Assembly: GCA_963721455.1 (NCBI GenBank)
Contig: CAVRJG010000019.1
Span: 1-64,000, forward strand
Reading direction: 5' to 3'
DNA from: an uncultured Methanosarcinaceae archaeon
GTDB taxonomy: Archaea > Halobacteriota > Methanosarcinia > Methanosarcinales > Methanosarcinaceae
Length of the DNA: 64,000 nt
The translations under genes were made by a program, and so were the position numbers. Below the pieces are notes generated by a model. That model was not told where the DNA came from. It saw only the letters and a program-made list of their open reading frames with translations, and did no database searches. Shown here in pieces: positions 21,175-32,381 of the stretch; position 1 is the stretch's first letter; the number at the start of each line of letters is the position of its first letter.

Positions 21175-22002
21175 ATGAACTCATATTTGCTTGCTTTTAA
21201 ATCGGGTTTTGGCTTCCTGTCCACGATCCCTGTAGGGATCAGCATGGAAGGGATCGATGAGCTCATGAAGAAGATATACTTCTACCCCATTGTGGGAGCC
21301 GTACTCGGACTTCTGATTGGGGCAGTTGCATACATAGGGCAGGCGATATTGCCGGAACCGATTCTCGTAGCCCTTGTCATGGGATTCATATACTATCTTA
21401 CCGGTTTTAACCATCTTGACGGGGTCACTGATATGGGTGACGGTTTTATGGCTCACGGGTCACTTGAGAAAAAAATCCGGGCTCTGAAAGACACGACCCT
21501 CGGCACAGGAGGAGTGTCCTTCTGCATTCTGTTGTTACTTACTCTGTACGGTTCGATAAGAGCAGTACAGGAAGAAGGCCTGAATTCTTTCGGATCTAAC
21601 CTTCCAATGTTGATGTTTGCATCAATGTTTATTGCAGAGGTTAGTGCAAAGCAGTCCATGTTAACAATTGCTGCGTTTGGAAAGCCCATACCTCCACAGG
21701 AAAAACAAGCTTATCCTGGCCTGGGAGCCATGACTATAAACGGAGCAACCAGAAAAAACTTCCTGATAGGATTTGTCTTCGGGGCAATTGTATGTTTCCT
21801 ACCTTTCGGGTGGATAGGGCTGTTGCCTTATCTGGGAGCCTGTGCCTCGGCTCTGGTGATTCTTAACAGAAGCTATGCCCATTTTGGCGGCTTAAATGGC
21901 GACGGAATCGGTACTGCTAACGAAGTCGGCAGGGTGACTGCTCTCATTATTCTCGCAGTTATCCTGAAATTTTCATTAAACGGATACATGGGAGGTTTAT
22001 AA
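21175..22002 (+). CDS. cobS: Cobalamin (5'-phosphate) synthase
   Basis: [27 protein letters not shown]. Confidence 0.93.
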   Translation: MNSYLLAFKSGFGFLSTIPVGISMEGIDELMKKIYFYPIVGAVLGLLIGAVAYIGQAILPEPILVALVMGFIYYLTGFNHLDGVTDMGDGFMAHGSLEKKIRALKDTTLGTGGVSFCILLLLTLYGSIRAVQEEGLNSFGSNLPMLMFASMFIAEVSAKQSMLTIAAFGKPIPPQEKQAYPGLGAMTINGATRKNFLIGFVFGAIVCFLPFGWIGLLPYLGACASALVILNRSYAHFGGLNGDGIGTANEVGRVTALIILAVILKFSLNGYMGGL

Positions 22003-22607
22003 TGGACGCTATTGTAATGGCAGGGGGATTCGGACAGAGGCTTGGAATGGGAGAAAAGCCATGTGTTGAACTGCTTGGAAAACCGCTGATAGCTTACGTG
22101 ATAGATACCCTGAGAGCCACAAAAAATATAGACAGGGTTTTTGTAGCAGTTTCACCTGTTACCCCTAAGACAGAAATCATGATTCAGGAACGCTATAAAG
22201 GAGAAATCCAGGTAATCAGGACCTTTGGCGGAAATTACGTAGGGGACATGATCCATGCAGTAGAGACTGCAAAAACAGCCGGTCCGGTGATGATTATTAT
22301 GTCAGACATCCCCCTGATAAATCCCGAGCTTATAGATTCGGTAATCGAGAAATATAAGGAAGAAGGAAAGCCTGCACTTTCGGTATATGTTCCAATCAAT
22401 ATTTGCAAGGGAGCCGGAATCAGGCCGGATACGGTCTTCAACAAGGAAGGGAAACTGATCGTACCTACTGGAGTTAATATTCTGGAGAGTTCCCAGATCA
22501 GAAACGAACAGGAAGACTTTAATCTGATACTTGATAATCCCAAACTAGCAATAAACGTAAATACCGTTAAGGATCTTCAGCGCTGCAGAGATCTGCTGCA
22601 GGGCTAA
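22002..22607 (+). CDS. cobY: GTP:adenosylcobinamide-phosphate guanylyltransferase
   Basis: MAGGFGQRLGMGEKP NTP-transferase motif; INVNT. Confidence 0.9.
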   Translation: MDAIVMAGGFGQRLGMGEKPCVELLGKPLIAYVIDTLRATKNIDRVFVAVSPVTPKTEIMIQERYKGEIQVIRTFGGNYVGDMIHAVETAKTAGPVMIIMSDIPLINPELIDSVIEKYKEEGKPALSVYVPINICKGAGIRPDTVFNKEGKLIVPTGVNILESSQIRNEQEDFNLILDNPKLAINVNTVKDLQRCRDLLQG

Positions 22608-22626
22608 AACTAAAAATTTACCAGAG

Positions 22627-23367
22627 GTGTCACAGATTTTATCTTTAAAAAACCTGGTGCTGAGCCGTGATGGGAAGAAAATCCTGCGTGGAGTCAATCT
22701 TGAGGTAGGGGACCGGGAAATCCACAGTATCATCGGTGCAAACGGCGCAGGAAAAAGCACACTTGCCTATACCCTGATGGGGATTCAGGGCTATGAACAC
22801 GAAGGTGGCAGCCTCATCTTTGATGAGGAAGATATCACAAAGCTTTCGATAACCGAACGTGCAAGAAAAGGTATCACCCTTGCCTGGCAGGAACCTGCCC
22901 GTTTCGAAGGGCTGAAGGTCAGGGATTATCTGGCAATCGGAGCAAAGGTTCATGGAGGCATCACTGAAGAGGAACTGAGAGATGCCCTGAAGAAAGTTGA
23001 CCTTAAACCTGAAAAATACCTGGACAGGGAAGTTGGCGAGGCGCTTAGCGGAGGCGAAAGAAAGCGCATAGAGCTTGCCTCCATAATTACAATGAAACCA
23101 AAACTTGCAATTCTTGACGAACCCGATTCGGGAATTGATGTTGTTTCCTTAAAAGAAATCGTAACTTTGATCCAGACTCTCAAGGAAAACGGCTCCTCGG
23201 TACTTGTAATTACACACAGAGAGGAAATTGCAGCCGCTTCCGACAAGGCGTCCCTGATGTGTGAGGGGGCTATTCTCAGGAGCGGAGACCCCCTGGAGAT
23301 CAGCGAATTTTTCAAAAACAGGTGCATACCGTGTGACAACAGGGTATCCCCACCAAAGGCGGCCTGA
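22627..23367 (+). CDS. sufC: Fe-S assembly ABC ATPase (minimal SUF)
   Basis: GANGAGKSTL, LSGGERKR, LDEPDSGID; C-terminal CxxC. Confidence 0.88.
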   Translation: MSQILSLKNLVLSRDGKKILRGVNLEVGDREIHSIIGANGAGKSTLAYTLMGIQGYEHEGGSLIFDEEDITKLSITERARKGITLAWQEPARFEGLKVRDYLAIGAKVHGGITEEELRDALKKVDLKPEKYLDREVGEALSGGERKRIELASIITMKPKLAILDEPDSGIDVVSLKEIVTLIQTLKENGSSVLVITHREEIAAASDKASLMCEGAILRSGDPLEISEFFKNRCIPCDNRVSPPKAA

Positions 23368-23369
23368 CA

Positions 23370-24332
23370 ATGAGCCAGATAACTCTTAATACGCTTTCCA
23401 GAGAAATGGAGGATATGGATGCAGCCTATACGGCAGCAGGGGGAAATTCTTCAGTCCTGCATAAACATGAGCTTGCAAGTCTTGTGGTAAGTGGAAATAA
23501 AGTGCTCAATGCGAACGGAACGGAAGGCATAGTGCTTGAAAAACATGAGACCGAGCACGGAGTGGACATTCAAATGACCATCAAGAAAGGGTATAAAATT
23601 CCACATCCTGTCCACCTTTGCTTCGGGCTGATCCCTAAAGACGGGCTCCAGGAAATAAAAATGAATTTCGTGGCAGAAGAAGACTCGGCTGTTGAACTCA
23701 TTGCCCACTGTACTTTTCCTAATGCTGTAAAGGTTATTCATAGAATGGACGCTCATATGCTTATAGGGAAGAATGCCTCATTAAAATACACTGAAACTCA
23801 CTTCCACGGCTCCAATGGAGGGATTCAGGTAATCCCAAAGGCCCATATAAAAATAGAGGAAGGAGGCAGCTACTTCACTAATTTCTCACTTGTTTCAGGC
23901 AGGGTAGGGTATCTGGAATTCGATTACAGCGTGGATGCCGGAAAAGACTCTATCTGTGAGATGGTTACGAAGGTCTATGGGAAAAAGGACGACAAAATAA
24001 AAATCCTTGAAAAAATATCCCTTAATGGGGAAAATGCCAGAAGCGTGATCAAAAGCCGACTGGCCATTACCGATAACGCGGAGTCGGAATTCAGGGGAAT
24101 AACCGAAGGCCATGCCCCGAGAGCCAGAGGGCATGTGGATTGCATGGAGGTTATCCAGGGCAACGCAAAAGCCGAAGCCATTCCCATTGTCCGTGTCGAT
24201 AATCCTCTGGCCAAGGTAACCCATGAGGCTGCTATCGGTTGTGTGGATAAAAAAGAAGTCGAAACCCTCATGGCCCGCGGCCTTGACGAAGACGATGCTA
24301 TTGATATTATTGTAAAGGGAATGCTGGCCTGA
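23370..24332 (+). CDS. sufB: SufB/SufD-family Fe-S scaffold (minimal SUF)
   Basis: RGHVDC, VTHEAAIG, LMARGL. Confidence 0.88.
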   Translation: MSQITLNTLSREMEDMDAAYTAAGGNSSVLHKHELASLVVSGNKVLNANGTEGIVLEKHETEHGVDIQMTIKKGYKIPHPVHLCFGLIPKDGLQEIKMNFVAEEDSAVELIAHCTFPNAVKVIHRMDAHMLIGKNASLKYTETHFHGSNGGIQVIPKAHIKIEEGGSYFTNFSLVSGRVGYLEFDYSVDAGKDSICEMVTKVYGKKDDKIKILEKISLNGENARSVIKSRLAITDNAESEFRGITEGHAPRARGHVDCMEVIQGNAKAEAIPIVRVDNPLAKVTHEAAIGCVDKKEVETLMARGLDEDDAIDIIVKGMLA

Positions 24333-24443
24333 AGTCTTCCAATTCCCTTTTACCGAAGTATCCATCACTCAGGGTCAGTTCGGGAATACCGGGAGTCTGG
24401 CCCGGAGCCTATCCCGGGAACCTGAAAATTAATCTGGACAGGA

Positions 24444-24818
24444 GTGGAAAGCATAATTGGCGAGATTATTATCCTGGAGAAAAAATATTCTGAAAAAAAC
24501 CTGCAACTTATCACAGGAAAAAAAGATATATCCTTACACCATCAGGATGTTCCAGAAGAGATGCTGCTTTTGAGTGAAGCTATAGAAGATCCCCTCAAGC
24601 TCCCTTATCTGCTGGAAACCTTCTACACCACACAGATAAAAAATGAGAAAGCGTTTCATTTTGCCCTCCTGCGAGTCCAGGTAGACTCCGACCTCAGGAT
24701 GCACGAAGATCTCCAGAAATACCAGCAAAGGAAGTATGTAGCCGAAACTCTGGAAAAGTTACTCTATGGAGAACTTATGCTTGCAGTAGGAGAAACCGTA
24801 GGCATTGATGAGAATTAA
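24444..24818 (+). CDS. Conserved hypothetical protein
   Basis: 124-aa ORF with typical codon usage, co-oriented with sufB. Confidence 0.7.
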   Translation: MESIIGEIIILEKKYSEKNLQLITGKKDISLHHQDVPEEMLLLSEAIEDPLKLPYLLETFYTTQIKNEKAFHFALLRVQVDSDLRMHEDLQKYQQRKYVAETLEKLLYGELMLAVGETVGIDEN

Positions 24819-25694
24819 TGAGCCCTATCCCCTGTAAAAACCGCTTTCTTTAATGGCCCCCTTCCTCTGGCTGCCCAATTATAGTCAACTCAGCAGTTAA
24901 CTACACTTTTTATTTGTTCCTCAAATATTTTCATCCTTTTCATCCAATTCTTAGCAAACTATTTTGATTTAGCTTTGTGTGTATTTATCTTTGATCACCT
25001 TTCTTAGCTGCGTAAGAGACCCGGCGAATTCTTTTGAAATGTTTTTCGTCACAATTTTCCATATGAATTAAAGTGTATTGAGGTCAGGTGAATACGGAGC
25101 TAAAAACACCTTATTATACCCGTTTGTATTCGCTTAAGATACGAACCTTCCAGGAATTTATTTTCTCCAGAATACCTGTTGAAGCAACCCGCATTTTCCC
25201 GCAAATAAGCGGGAATAATTTTTTTTATTAATATTATATCATGAAAAAAAAATTCTGAAAATATAAATAAATATATAAATTTAAAATAAGGTATAGGGAG
25301 GATTTTTGAGAATATGGAGTTTACCAAAATTATCGCGGGGAGTTTAAAATAGATTTAAAACCGGACTTTTTGCTCGAATCTCTCAAAAGCCGAACCTTTC
25401 CGTAGAAAAACTAGCATTGTAAATATCCAAACAATGCAAATTTCATGATCTGTGAAAAGGGGGTGAAAACCGGACCCTGGGTCTGTACGAGTAGAAAGAG
25501 GGGATATGAGAGTTAATTCAGGAAGTAGAAAGAGGGGATATGAGAGATAATTCAGGAAAACGATGTTGATTATCATTGCACCGAATCATCTAAATGAAGC
25601 TCAAAATGCGAATTCCCGAACCATGGTTCTCTAACAACCCATTTGTATTCGGTTAAGATACGAAAAACAAAGATTCGGGAAAAGGGGGTTTAAA

Positions 25695-26345
25695 ATGGCA
25701 AGCAAAGAAGAACTAATTCAGGAACTTTCGGACGCGGTCATTTCCTGCAAGAAAGACAGGGTGATTGCAGCCGTTGAAAAGGCAAAAGAGGTAATGGAAC
25801 CGGCAGAAATCATTGAAAAGGGGCTTGCAGCCGGGATGAATCAGGTGGGAGTTCTCTTTGAGAGGGGGAAACTTTTCCTGCCGCATGTGATGATGGCCGC
25901 CGACGCTATGAGTGCGGGGGTCAAGATCCTTGAGGCTGACATGCCTGCAGGAGCCCAGACAAAGAAACTGGGGGTTATCGTAAACGGAACTGTCGAGGGG
26001 GATGTTCACGATATCGGCAAGTCTATTGTTTCTACCATGCTCCAGTCAGCTGGTTTTGAAGTATACGATATCGGGAGAGACGTACCCATCAAACAGTTTA
26101 TTGAAAAGGCAAAGGAAGTCAATGCGAATATGATAGGGATTTCCGCTCTTATGACTACAACTCTTCAGGGGCAGAGGGATGTCATCGAGCTCCTCAAAGA
26201 AGAAGGACTCAGGGACAAGATAAAGGTCATGGTAGGGGGAGCTCCCGCAACCCAGGCCTGGGCAGACAAGATTGGCGCAGACTGCTATGCTGAAAACGCG
26301 AGCGAGGCTGTTGCAAAGGCAAAGGAATTGCTTGTAGGGAAGTGA
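25695..26345 (+). CDS. mtbC: Dimethylamine corrinoid protein
   Basis: B12-binding DVHDIG..SALMTTT..VGGAP; directly precedes mtbB. Confidence 0.93.
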   Translation: MASKEELIQELSDAVISCKKDRVIAAVEKAKEVMEPAEIIEKGLAAGMNQVGVLFERGKLFLPHVMMAADAMSAGVKILEADMPAGAQTKKLGVIVNGTVEGDVHDIGKSIVSTMLQSAGFEVYDIGRDVPIKQFIEKAKEVNANMIGISALMTTTLQGQRDVIELLKEEGLRDKIKVMVGGAPATQAWADKIGADCYAENASEAVAKAKELLVGK

Positions 26346-26351
26346 GAAGAA

Positions 26352-27755
26352 ATGGCAAGTGAATACGCTTTGAGGATGGGAGACGGCAAACGTGTCTTCC
26401 TTACCAAAGAAAAAATTATGGCAGAGATTGAGGCAGGTACTGCAAATGCTGCCGATCTTGGCGAGATCCCTGCCCTCAGCGCCGATGAAAGCGGCAAACT
26501 TGCAGAAATCCTTATGATGCCAGGCAAGGCTGTCAGTGTCGAACAGGGTATGGAAATTCCTGTGACACACGACATCGGTACAATCCGGCTTGACGGCGAC
26601 CAGGGCAACAGCGGTGTTGGCATTCCCTCAAGCCGTTTAGTGGGCTGCATGATGCACGAGAGGGCTTTTGGTGCAGACACAATGGAGCTCGGTCACATCG
26701 ACTACAGTTTCAAGCCTGTCAAGCCCGTGGTTTCAAACGAGTGCCAGGCAATGGAAGTCTGCCAGCAGAACATGATCATCCCGCTCTTTTACGGGGCAAT
26801 GCCGAACATGGGACTTTATTACACCCCTGACGGACCATTCGAAAACCCAGGCGACCTTATGAAAGCTTTTAAGATTCAGGAAGCCTGGGAATCCATGGAA
26901 CACGCTGCAGAACATCTTACCAGAGACACCGTATGGGTCATGCAGAAGCTCTTTGCCTCGGGGGCAGACGGCGTCAACTTTGACACAACTGCCGCAGCCG
27001 GAGATGCCGATATGTATGGCACGCTTCATGCAATCGAAGCCCTCCGAAAGGAATTCCCTGACATGTACATCGAAGCCGGAATGGCCGGGGAAATGGTGCT
27101 CGGTATGCACGGAAACCTTCAGTATGACGGCGTGACCCTTGCCGGGCTCTGGCCTCACCAGCAGGCACCCCTGGTTGCAAAGGCAGGAGCAAATGTCTTC
27201 GGGCCCGTGTGCAACACCAACACCAGCAAGACCTCAGCCTGGAACCTTGCCCGTGCAGTTACCTTCATGAAGGCAGCTGTCGAAGCTTCTTCAATCCCCT
27301 GTCACGTTGACATGGGAATGGGCGTGGGCGGAATCCCGATGCTTGAGACTCCACCAATCGATGCCGTTACCAGGGCCAGCAAGGCAATGGTTGAAATTGC
27401 AGGCGTAGACGGCATATAGATCGGGGTCGGCGACCCGCTGGGTATGCCGATCGCACACATAATGGCTTCAGGTATGACAGGCATGAGGGCTGCAGGCGAC
27501 CTTGTCGCAAGAATGGAGTTCTCAAAGAACATGCGCGTAGGAGAAGCAAAAGAGTACGTGGCAAAGAAACTCGGAGTGGACACGATGGACCTGGTAGATG
27601 AGCATGTCATGCGTGAACTCCGTGAAGAACTGGATATAGGTGTGATTACCTCGGTGCCCGGCGCAGCAAAAGGCATTGCCGCAAAGATGAACATCGAAAA
27701 GTTGCTCGATATAAAGATAAATTCCTGCAACCTTTTCAGAAAACAGATACGTTAA
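26352..27755 (+). CDS. mtbB: Dimethylamine:corrinoid methyltransferase; pyrrolysine at in-frame TAG 27417-27419
   Basis: [30 protein letters not shown]; ORFs 26352-27419 and 27444-27755 are in the same frame. Confidence 0.97.
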
Positions 27756-27984
27756 ACGGAAAACCTTCATAATAGCTGCAAAGATGAGGAGAAGTGGATA
27801 TAGACCCATTAGACATCTTAATCCTTAGACACCTGAATCAAGATTTCTCCTGATAGTCAGGGTTATTTTTTCGGGTCTTTCCGCTTTTTCTTTTGCAGAC
27901 TTTTATAAGTTGATTTGTGCTGCGCGAGCCGTGCGAATCTTCAGCTGGCTTTATACTAATAAATCAGAGGAGCGTGCATTGACA

Positions 27985-29394
27985 ATGAGCGACGAAAACA
28001 GTGGAAGTTATGGGCTCCAGCGAACAATTGACTGGAAGCAGGGGCTTGCAATTGCCCTGGGTGTTCCGGTGTTGATTCTTCCTTCCATAGGCTACTTTGC
28101 AAGTTATGTCTGGGCTTTTGCAATTATAGTCTGGGTTCTTTCCGTTTTCCAGGGTTTCATGCAAAACTTTGCCTACGGAGAACTTGCAACAATGTTTCCA
28201 AAAGCTTCAGGGCTTCCGGGATACGCTCAGAGTGTGTTCGGTTCAAACACAGGAGACCGAAAATATGACCATGGAAAACTATTGGGAGGGTTCAGTGCCT
28301 GGAGTTATTGGTTTGCCTGGAACCCCGTACTTGCAATCTTTGCGATCCTTATCGGAAGCTACCTTAAAGGCCTGGTCCCTGCTTTTGCCGGAATTCCTGA
28401 TCTGGTTCTCTACCTTGCCTCAGGCGCAGTAGTGTATATATTCCTTATGATAGTCAATTATCGCGGGCTTGCCGGCGGAGCAACGCTCGGGTATATTCTT
28501 GCCGTGCTTTCGCTTGCCCCTCTTATCATTATTTCCCTTGCTCCCTTTGTAACCGGGCACTTTGAGATCAGCAATATCACCGACGCTTGGCTTCCCACAG
28601 ACTGGAGCTGGGATATCCAGCATATCCTGATCCTGCTTGGGCTTTTTGCAATGGCTCAGTGGAGTGCATGCGCCTGGGAAACCGCAGCAATTTACGGGCC
28701 CGAATACAAGGAGCCAAAGTCCGATGTTCCCAAAGCTCTCTTTATCTGCGGCGCGATCTGCCTTGTGACCTTTATCCTGGTTCAGGCAGCCTGCACCGGA
28801 ACCCTGGGAATTGAAGGAATCCTGGCAGAACCCTACTCCCCAATGCTCCCTATGGCTCAGATAACCCTTGGACCTATAGGTGGGTCTCTGACGATCCTTA
28901 TGTTGATTGCAGCAATGATTCTCATTATCCAGACAGCCTTTCTCGGAGCTTCAAGGGCAATGTACTCCATGGCTCAAGAAGGAAATCTGCCAGGTTTCTT
29001 TGGAAAAATGAATCCGCATGGAACTCCCGTTAACGCGATGATTGTCATTGCCCTCTTGAATATGGGTTTCATCTTCCTGGGAACCCCTGCAGCTATACTG
29101 GCCGCATCAGCAATAGGTTATGTCTGCGCCAATGGGATAAGTCTGCTTGCATATGTGAAAGCAAAAGTTGACCCGAGGTTCTCAAAACTTGAAAGACCGT
29201 TCAAAGCCCCCGGAGGCTGGCGATACGTAGCCCTTTTCTTCGGGTTCTTTAACCTGCCTTTGTGTCTTATTGGAATAGTATACCTGAACAGTCTTGAAGT
29301 AGGCTGGACTTCAACGATAGTCGGTTTCGTGGTGCTTATCCTTTATCTTCCGCTCTGGTACTATTCCCAGAACGAGAAGAGAAGAGTTCCCTGA
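27985..29394 (+). CDS. mtbP: APC-family permease, putative dimethylamine permease
   Basis: About 12 TM helices; AYGELATMFPKASG, WETAAIYGPEY; follows mtbB. Confidence 0.85.
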   Translation: MSDENSGSYGLQRTIDWKQGLAIALGVPVLILPSIGYFASYVWAFAIIVWVLSVFQGFMQNFAYGELATMFPKASGLPGYAQSVFGSNTGDRKYDHGKLLGGFSAWSYWFAWNPVLAIFAILIGSYLKGLVPAFAGIPDLVLYLASGAVVYIFLMIVNYRGLAGGATLGYILAVLSLAPLIIISLAPFVTGHFEISNITDAWLPTDWSWDIQHILILLGLFAMAQWSACAWETAAIYGPEYKEPKSDVPKALFICGAICLVTFILVQAACTGTLGIEGILAEPYSPMLPMAQITLGPIGGSLTILMLIAAMILIIQTAFLGASRAMYSMAQEGNLPGFFGKMNPHGTPVNAMIVIALLNMGFIFLGTPAAILAASAIGYVCANGISLLAYVKAKVDPRFSKLERPFKAPGGWRYVALFFGFFNLPLCLIGIVYLNSLEVGWTSTIVGFVVLILYLPLWYYSQNEKRRVP

Positions 29395-29628
29395 CATGTA
29401 CATCAAAGCCGGAATGGCAGGAGAATGCTCACCCGGGGAAACCTCCAGTATGAAGACGTACCCCTTGCCCGTGAAGTTCCCTTCATGGAAGCAGCAGTCG
29501 AAGTTTCTCCAGTACCCTGTCACGTTGACATAGGCATGGGTTGGGAGGAATCTAGATGCTTGAGACAAAAGTTGCTTGATATAAGGATAAATTCCTGCAA
29601 CCTCTTCAGAAAACAGACAGCAAGGTAA
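29384..29628 (+). pseudogene. mtbB: Relic of a second mtbB 3' half with internal deletions
   Basis: Colinear patches matching 27051-27143, 27245-27349 and 27697-27750. Confidence 0.9.
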
Positions 29629-29972
29629 GCCCTATAGAAAAGTTCTATCAAAATCAAAGGAAAGCTGTTAAGAAATTATATATGGCACTATAAGATATAT
29701 CCATTATTATAAAAAATCCGGAAAACTAAAGCAACGGGGGGCTTGATCCGGAAAATGCGTGAGACTTTGCCGAAAAGCAGCGCGGCTTTTTCTCTGTAAC
29801 CACAGAGGGAAGAAATGACGGGCTTTTCGAAAAGTTTTGGAAAAGCGGCTAGTGGAGACTATATATAGGGATCTCAAAGGGTGCGTGGGGACACCGAGTT
29901 TTCCTTTTGAAGCCTGTAGCCAAAAATCAACAGATTTGTCAAAAAGGCTTTTGAAGAGGTTTTCAACCCATC

Positions 29973-30007
29973 CCAGTAAATTTTCCAGTAAATTTTCCAG
30001 TAAATTT
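29973..30007. repeat. 12-bp tandem repeat CCAGTAAATTTT x3 upstream of mttB
   Basis: Read directly from the sequence. Confidence 0.9.
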
Positions 30008-30122
30008 ATTCCTATTCACATGTCCGTAAAATCCGACCTTCAGAAAAAACGCAGATTCTCCCCGATGCGATGAAAAGTGAATGAAAGCAGATTGAAGAAA
30101 TTCGAGGAAAAGGAGAAAGAAA

Positions 30123-31610
30123 ATGGCACAATGTAATGCATTTGCAGGATTTAATTCCCTCCAGGGTGTGGAACTGGGCCTTTTCACCCAGGATGAACTA
30201 AAGGCCATTCACTACGCCACAATGGAAGTCCTGATAAACCCCGGTATCCAGGTTTCGGATACCGAGGCAAGGAAGATCTTCAAGGAAAACGGCTGTGAGG
30301 TAGATGAAAATACCAGGGTCGTGAAAATCCCTGAATATCTCGTTCGAAGAGCCCTTCAGCTCGCACCTTCCAGGTTCGTGCTCTGGGGCCGCGACAAGAA
30401 GTACAATACCGTCCAGGAAGCAGGGGGCAAGGTACACTGGACCTGCTTCGGGACGGGAGTCAAAATGTGCAGGTACAAGGATGGGAAATACGTCACAGTG
30501 GACTCGGTAGATCAGGACATTGCAGAAATCGCAAAGCTCTGCGACTGGGCCGAAAATATCGACTACTTCTCCCTCCCGGTGTCTGCAAGGGATTGGGCCG
30601 GAAAAGGTGCCCAGGATGTTCACGAGACTATCACTCCGATTGCAAACACTGCCAAGCACTTCCACCACATTGACCCGGTGGGCGAACACGTCGAGTATTA
30701 CTGGGACATCGTAAAAGCCTACTATGGGGGCAATGAAGAAGAAGCCCGGAAAAAGCCGATCTTCTCAATGCTGCTCTGTCCGACAAGCCCACTGGAACTC
30801 AGTGTCAACGCATGCCAGGTCATCATAAAGGGTGCACGCTTCGGGATTCCGGTAAACGTCCTGAGTATGGCAATGTCCGGTGGTTCTTCTCCTGTCTACC
30901 TTGCAGGAACTCTTGTTACCCACAACGCCGAAGTCCTCTCCGGGATAGTGCTTGCCCAGCTCACCGTACCGGGAAGTAAAGTCTGGTACGGAAGTTCCAC
31001 CACCACCTTCGACCTGAAGAAGGGTACTGCTCCCGTCGGATCTCCCGAACTCGGCCTGATCAGCGCAGCTGTTGCCAAACTCGCCCAGTTCTACGGCCTA
31101 CCCTCCTATGTGGCAGGCACCTAGTCTGATGCCAAGATCCCGGACAACCAGGCAGGACACGAGAAGACAATGACCTGTCTCCTGCCAGCCCTTGCGGGGG
31201 CAAATACCCTTTACGGCGCCGGGATGCTTGAGCTCGGAATGACTTTCTCAATGGAACAGCTTGTCATTGACAACGACATCATCAGGATGGTCAAGAAAGC
31301 CATGCAGGGAATCCCGGTTTCCACTGAAACCCTGGCTGTTGAATCCATCCAGAAAGTAGGGATAGGAAACAACTTCCTGGCCCTGAAGCAGACCAGGCTG
31401 CTTGTGAACTACCCCTCCGATCCCATGCTCATTGACAGGCGCATGTTCGGAGACTGGGCAGCAGCAGGCTCAAAGGACCTTGCAGCCGTGGCAAACGAAA
31501 AGGTCCTGGACGTCCTGAAACACCACGAGGTGCCGCCAATCGATGCGGACATCTTCAAGGACATGCAGGCGATTGTGGACAAGGCTGACAGGGCCTTCAG
31601 AGAGGGTTAA
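30123..31610 (+). CDS. mttB: Trimethylamine:corrinoid methyltransferase; pyrrolysine at in-frame TAG 31122-31124
   Basis: [27 protein letters not shown]; the downstream ORF from 31170 is in the same frame. Confidence 0.97.
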
Positions 31611-31628
31611 TGCCAGGGAGGAATAAAA

Positions 31629-32282
31629 ATGGCAAGCAAAGAAGAGATTATAGCAAAAGCAAAAGCTTCGATCACCGAATTCGATGACGAACTCGCGGCA
31701 GAAGTCGCAGGAGAAGCCCTTGCAGCAGGGATCGACCCGGTAGAGCTCATTGAGAAGGGCTTTACCGCAGGCATGGAGGAAGTCGGAGCACTGTTCGAAC
31801 AGGGCACTCTTTTCCTGCCCCATGTGCTTGCAGCTGCCGAGGCAATGAATGCAGGTATAGAAGTGATTAAGCCGGAAATGGAGAGACGCAAGTCTCAAAC
31901 GAAAAATCTCGGAACCGTCGTTATCGGGACCATCGAAGGCGATATCCACTCCATTGGAAAGGACATCGTAGCTTCCATGCTCAACATTGCCGGTTTCAAA
32001 GTTGTGGACCTTGGAAGAGATGTTCCGATCAAGACCTTTGTTGAAAAGGCAAAGGAACTCAAACCCCAGGTTATCGCATCCTCCGCCCTCATGACCACCA
32101 CCATGGTCAACCAGATCCAGATTGAGGAGCAGCTGAAAGAAGCAGGCATTCGCGACCAGGTAAAGACCATGGTCGGAGGCGCTCCTGTCACCCAGGACTG
32201 GGCAGACAAGATCGGCGCAGACATCTACGGTGAAAGCGCAAACGATGCCGTCAGCAAGGTAAAGGCAGCCCTGAAGCGCTGA
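31629..32282 (+). CDS. mttC: Trimethylamine corrinoid protein
   Basis: GDIHSIGKDIV, SALMTTTM; follows mttB. Confidence 0.95.
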   Translation: MASKEEIIAKAKASITEFDDELAAEVAGEALAAGIDPVELIEKGFTAGMEEVGALFEQGTLFLPHVLAAAEAMNAGIEVIKPEMERRKSQTKNLGTVVIGTIEGDIHSIGKDIVASMLNIAGFKVVDLGRDVPIKTFVEKAKELKPQVIASSALMTTTMVNQIQIEEQLKEAGIRDQVKTMVGGAPVTQDWADKIGADIYGESANDAVSKVKAALKR

Positions 32283-32381
32283 TAATCGGAAGAGCAGGCA
32301 GTTCCGGGAATCCCAGGCAGGTTATACAGGTTGGGCTCCCGGCACACCTGCCCAATAACTCTAAAAAAAGGAGGGGTGGGC

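Noticed and set aside
29425-29628. 67-aa ORF as a new gene
   Set aside because: By-product of the mtbB relic
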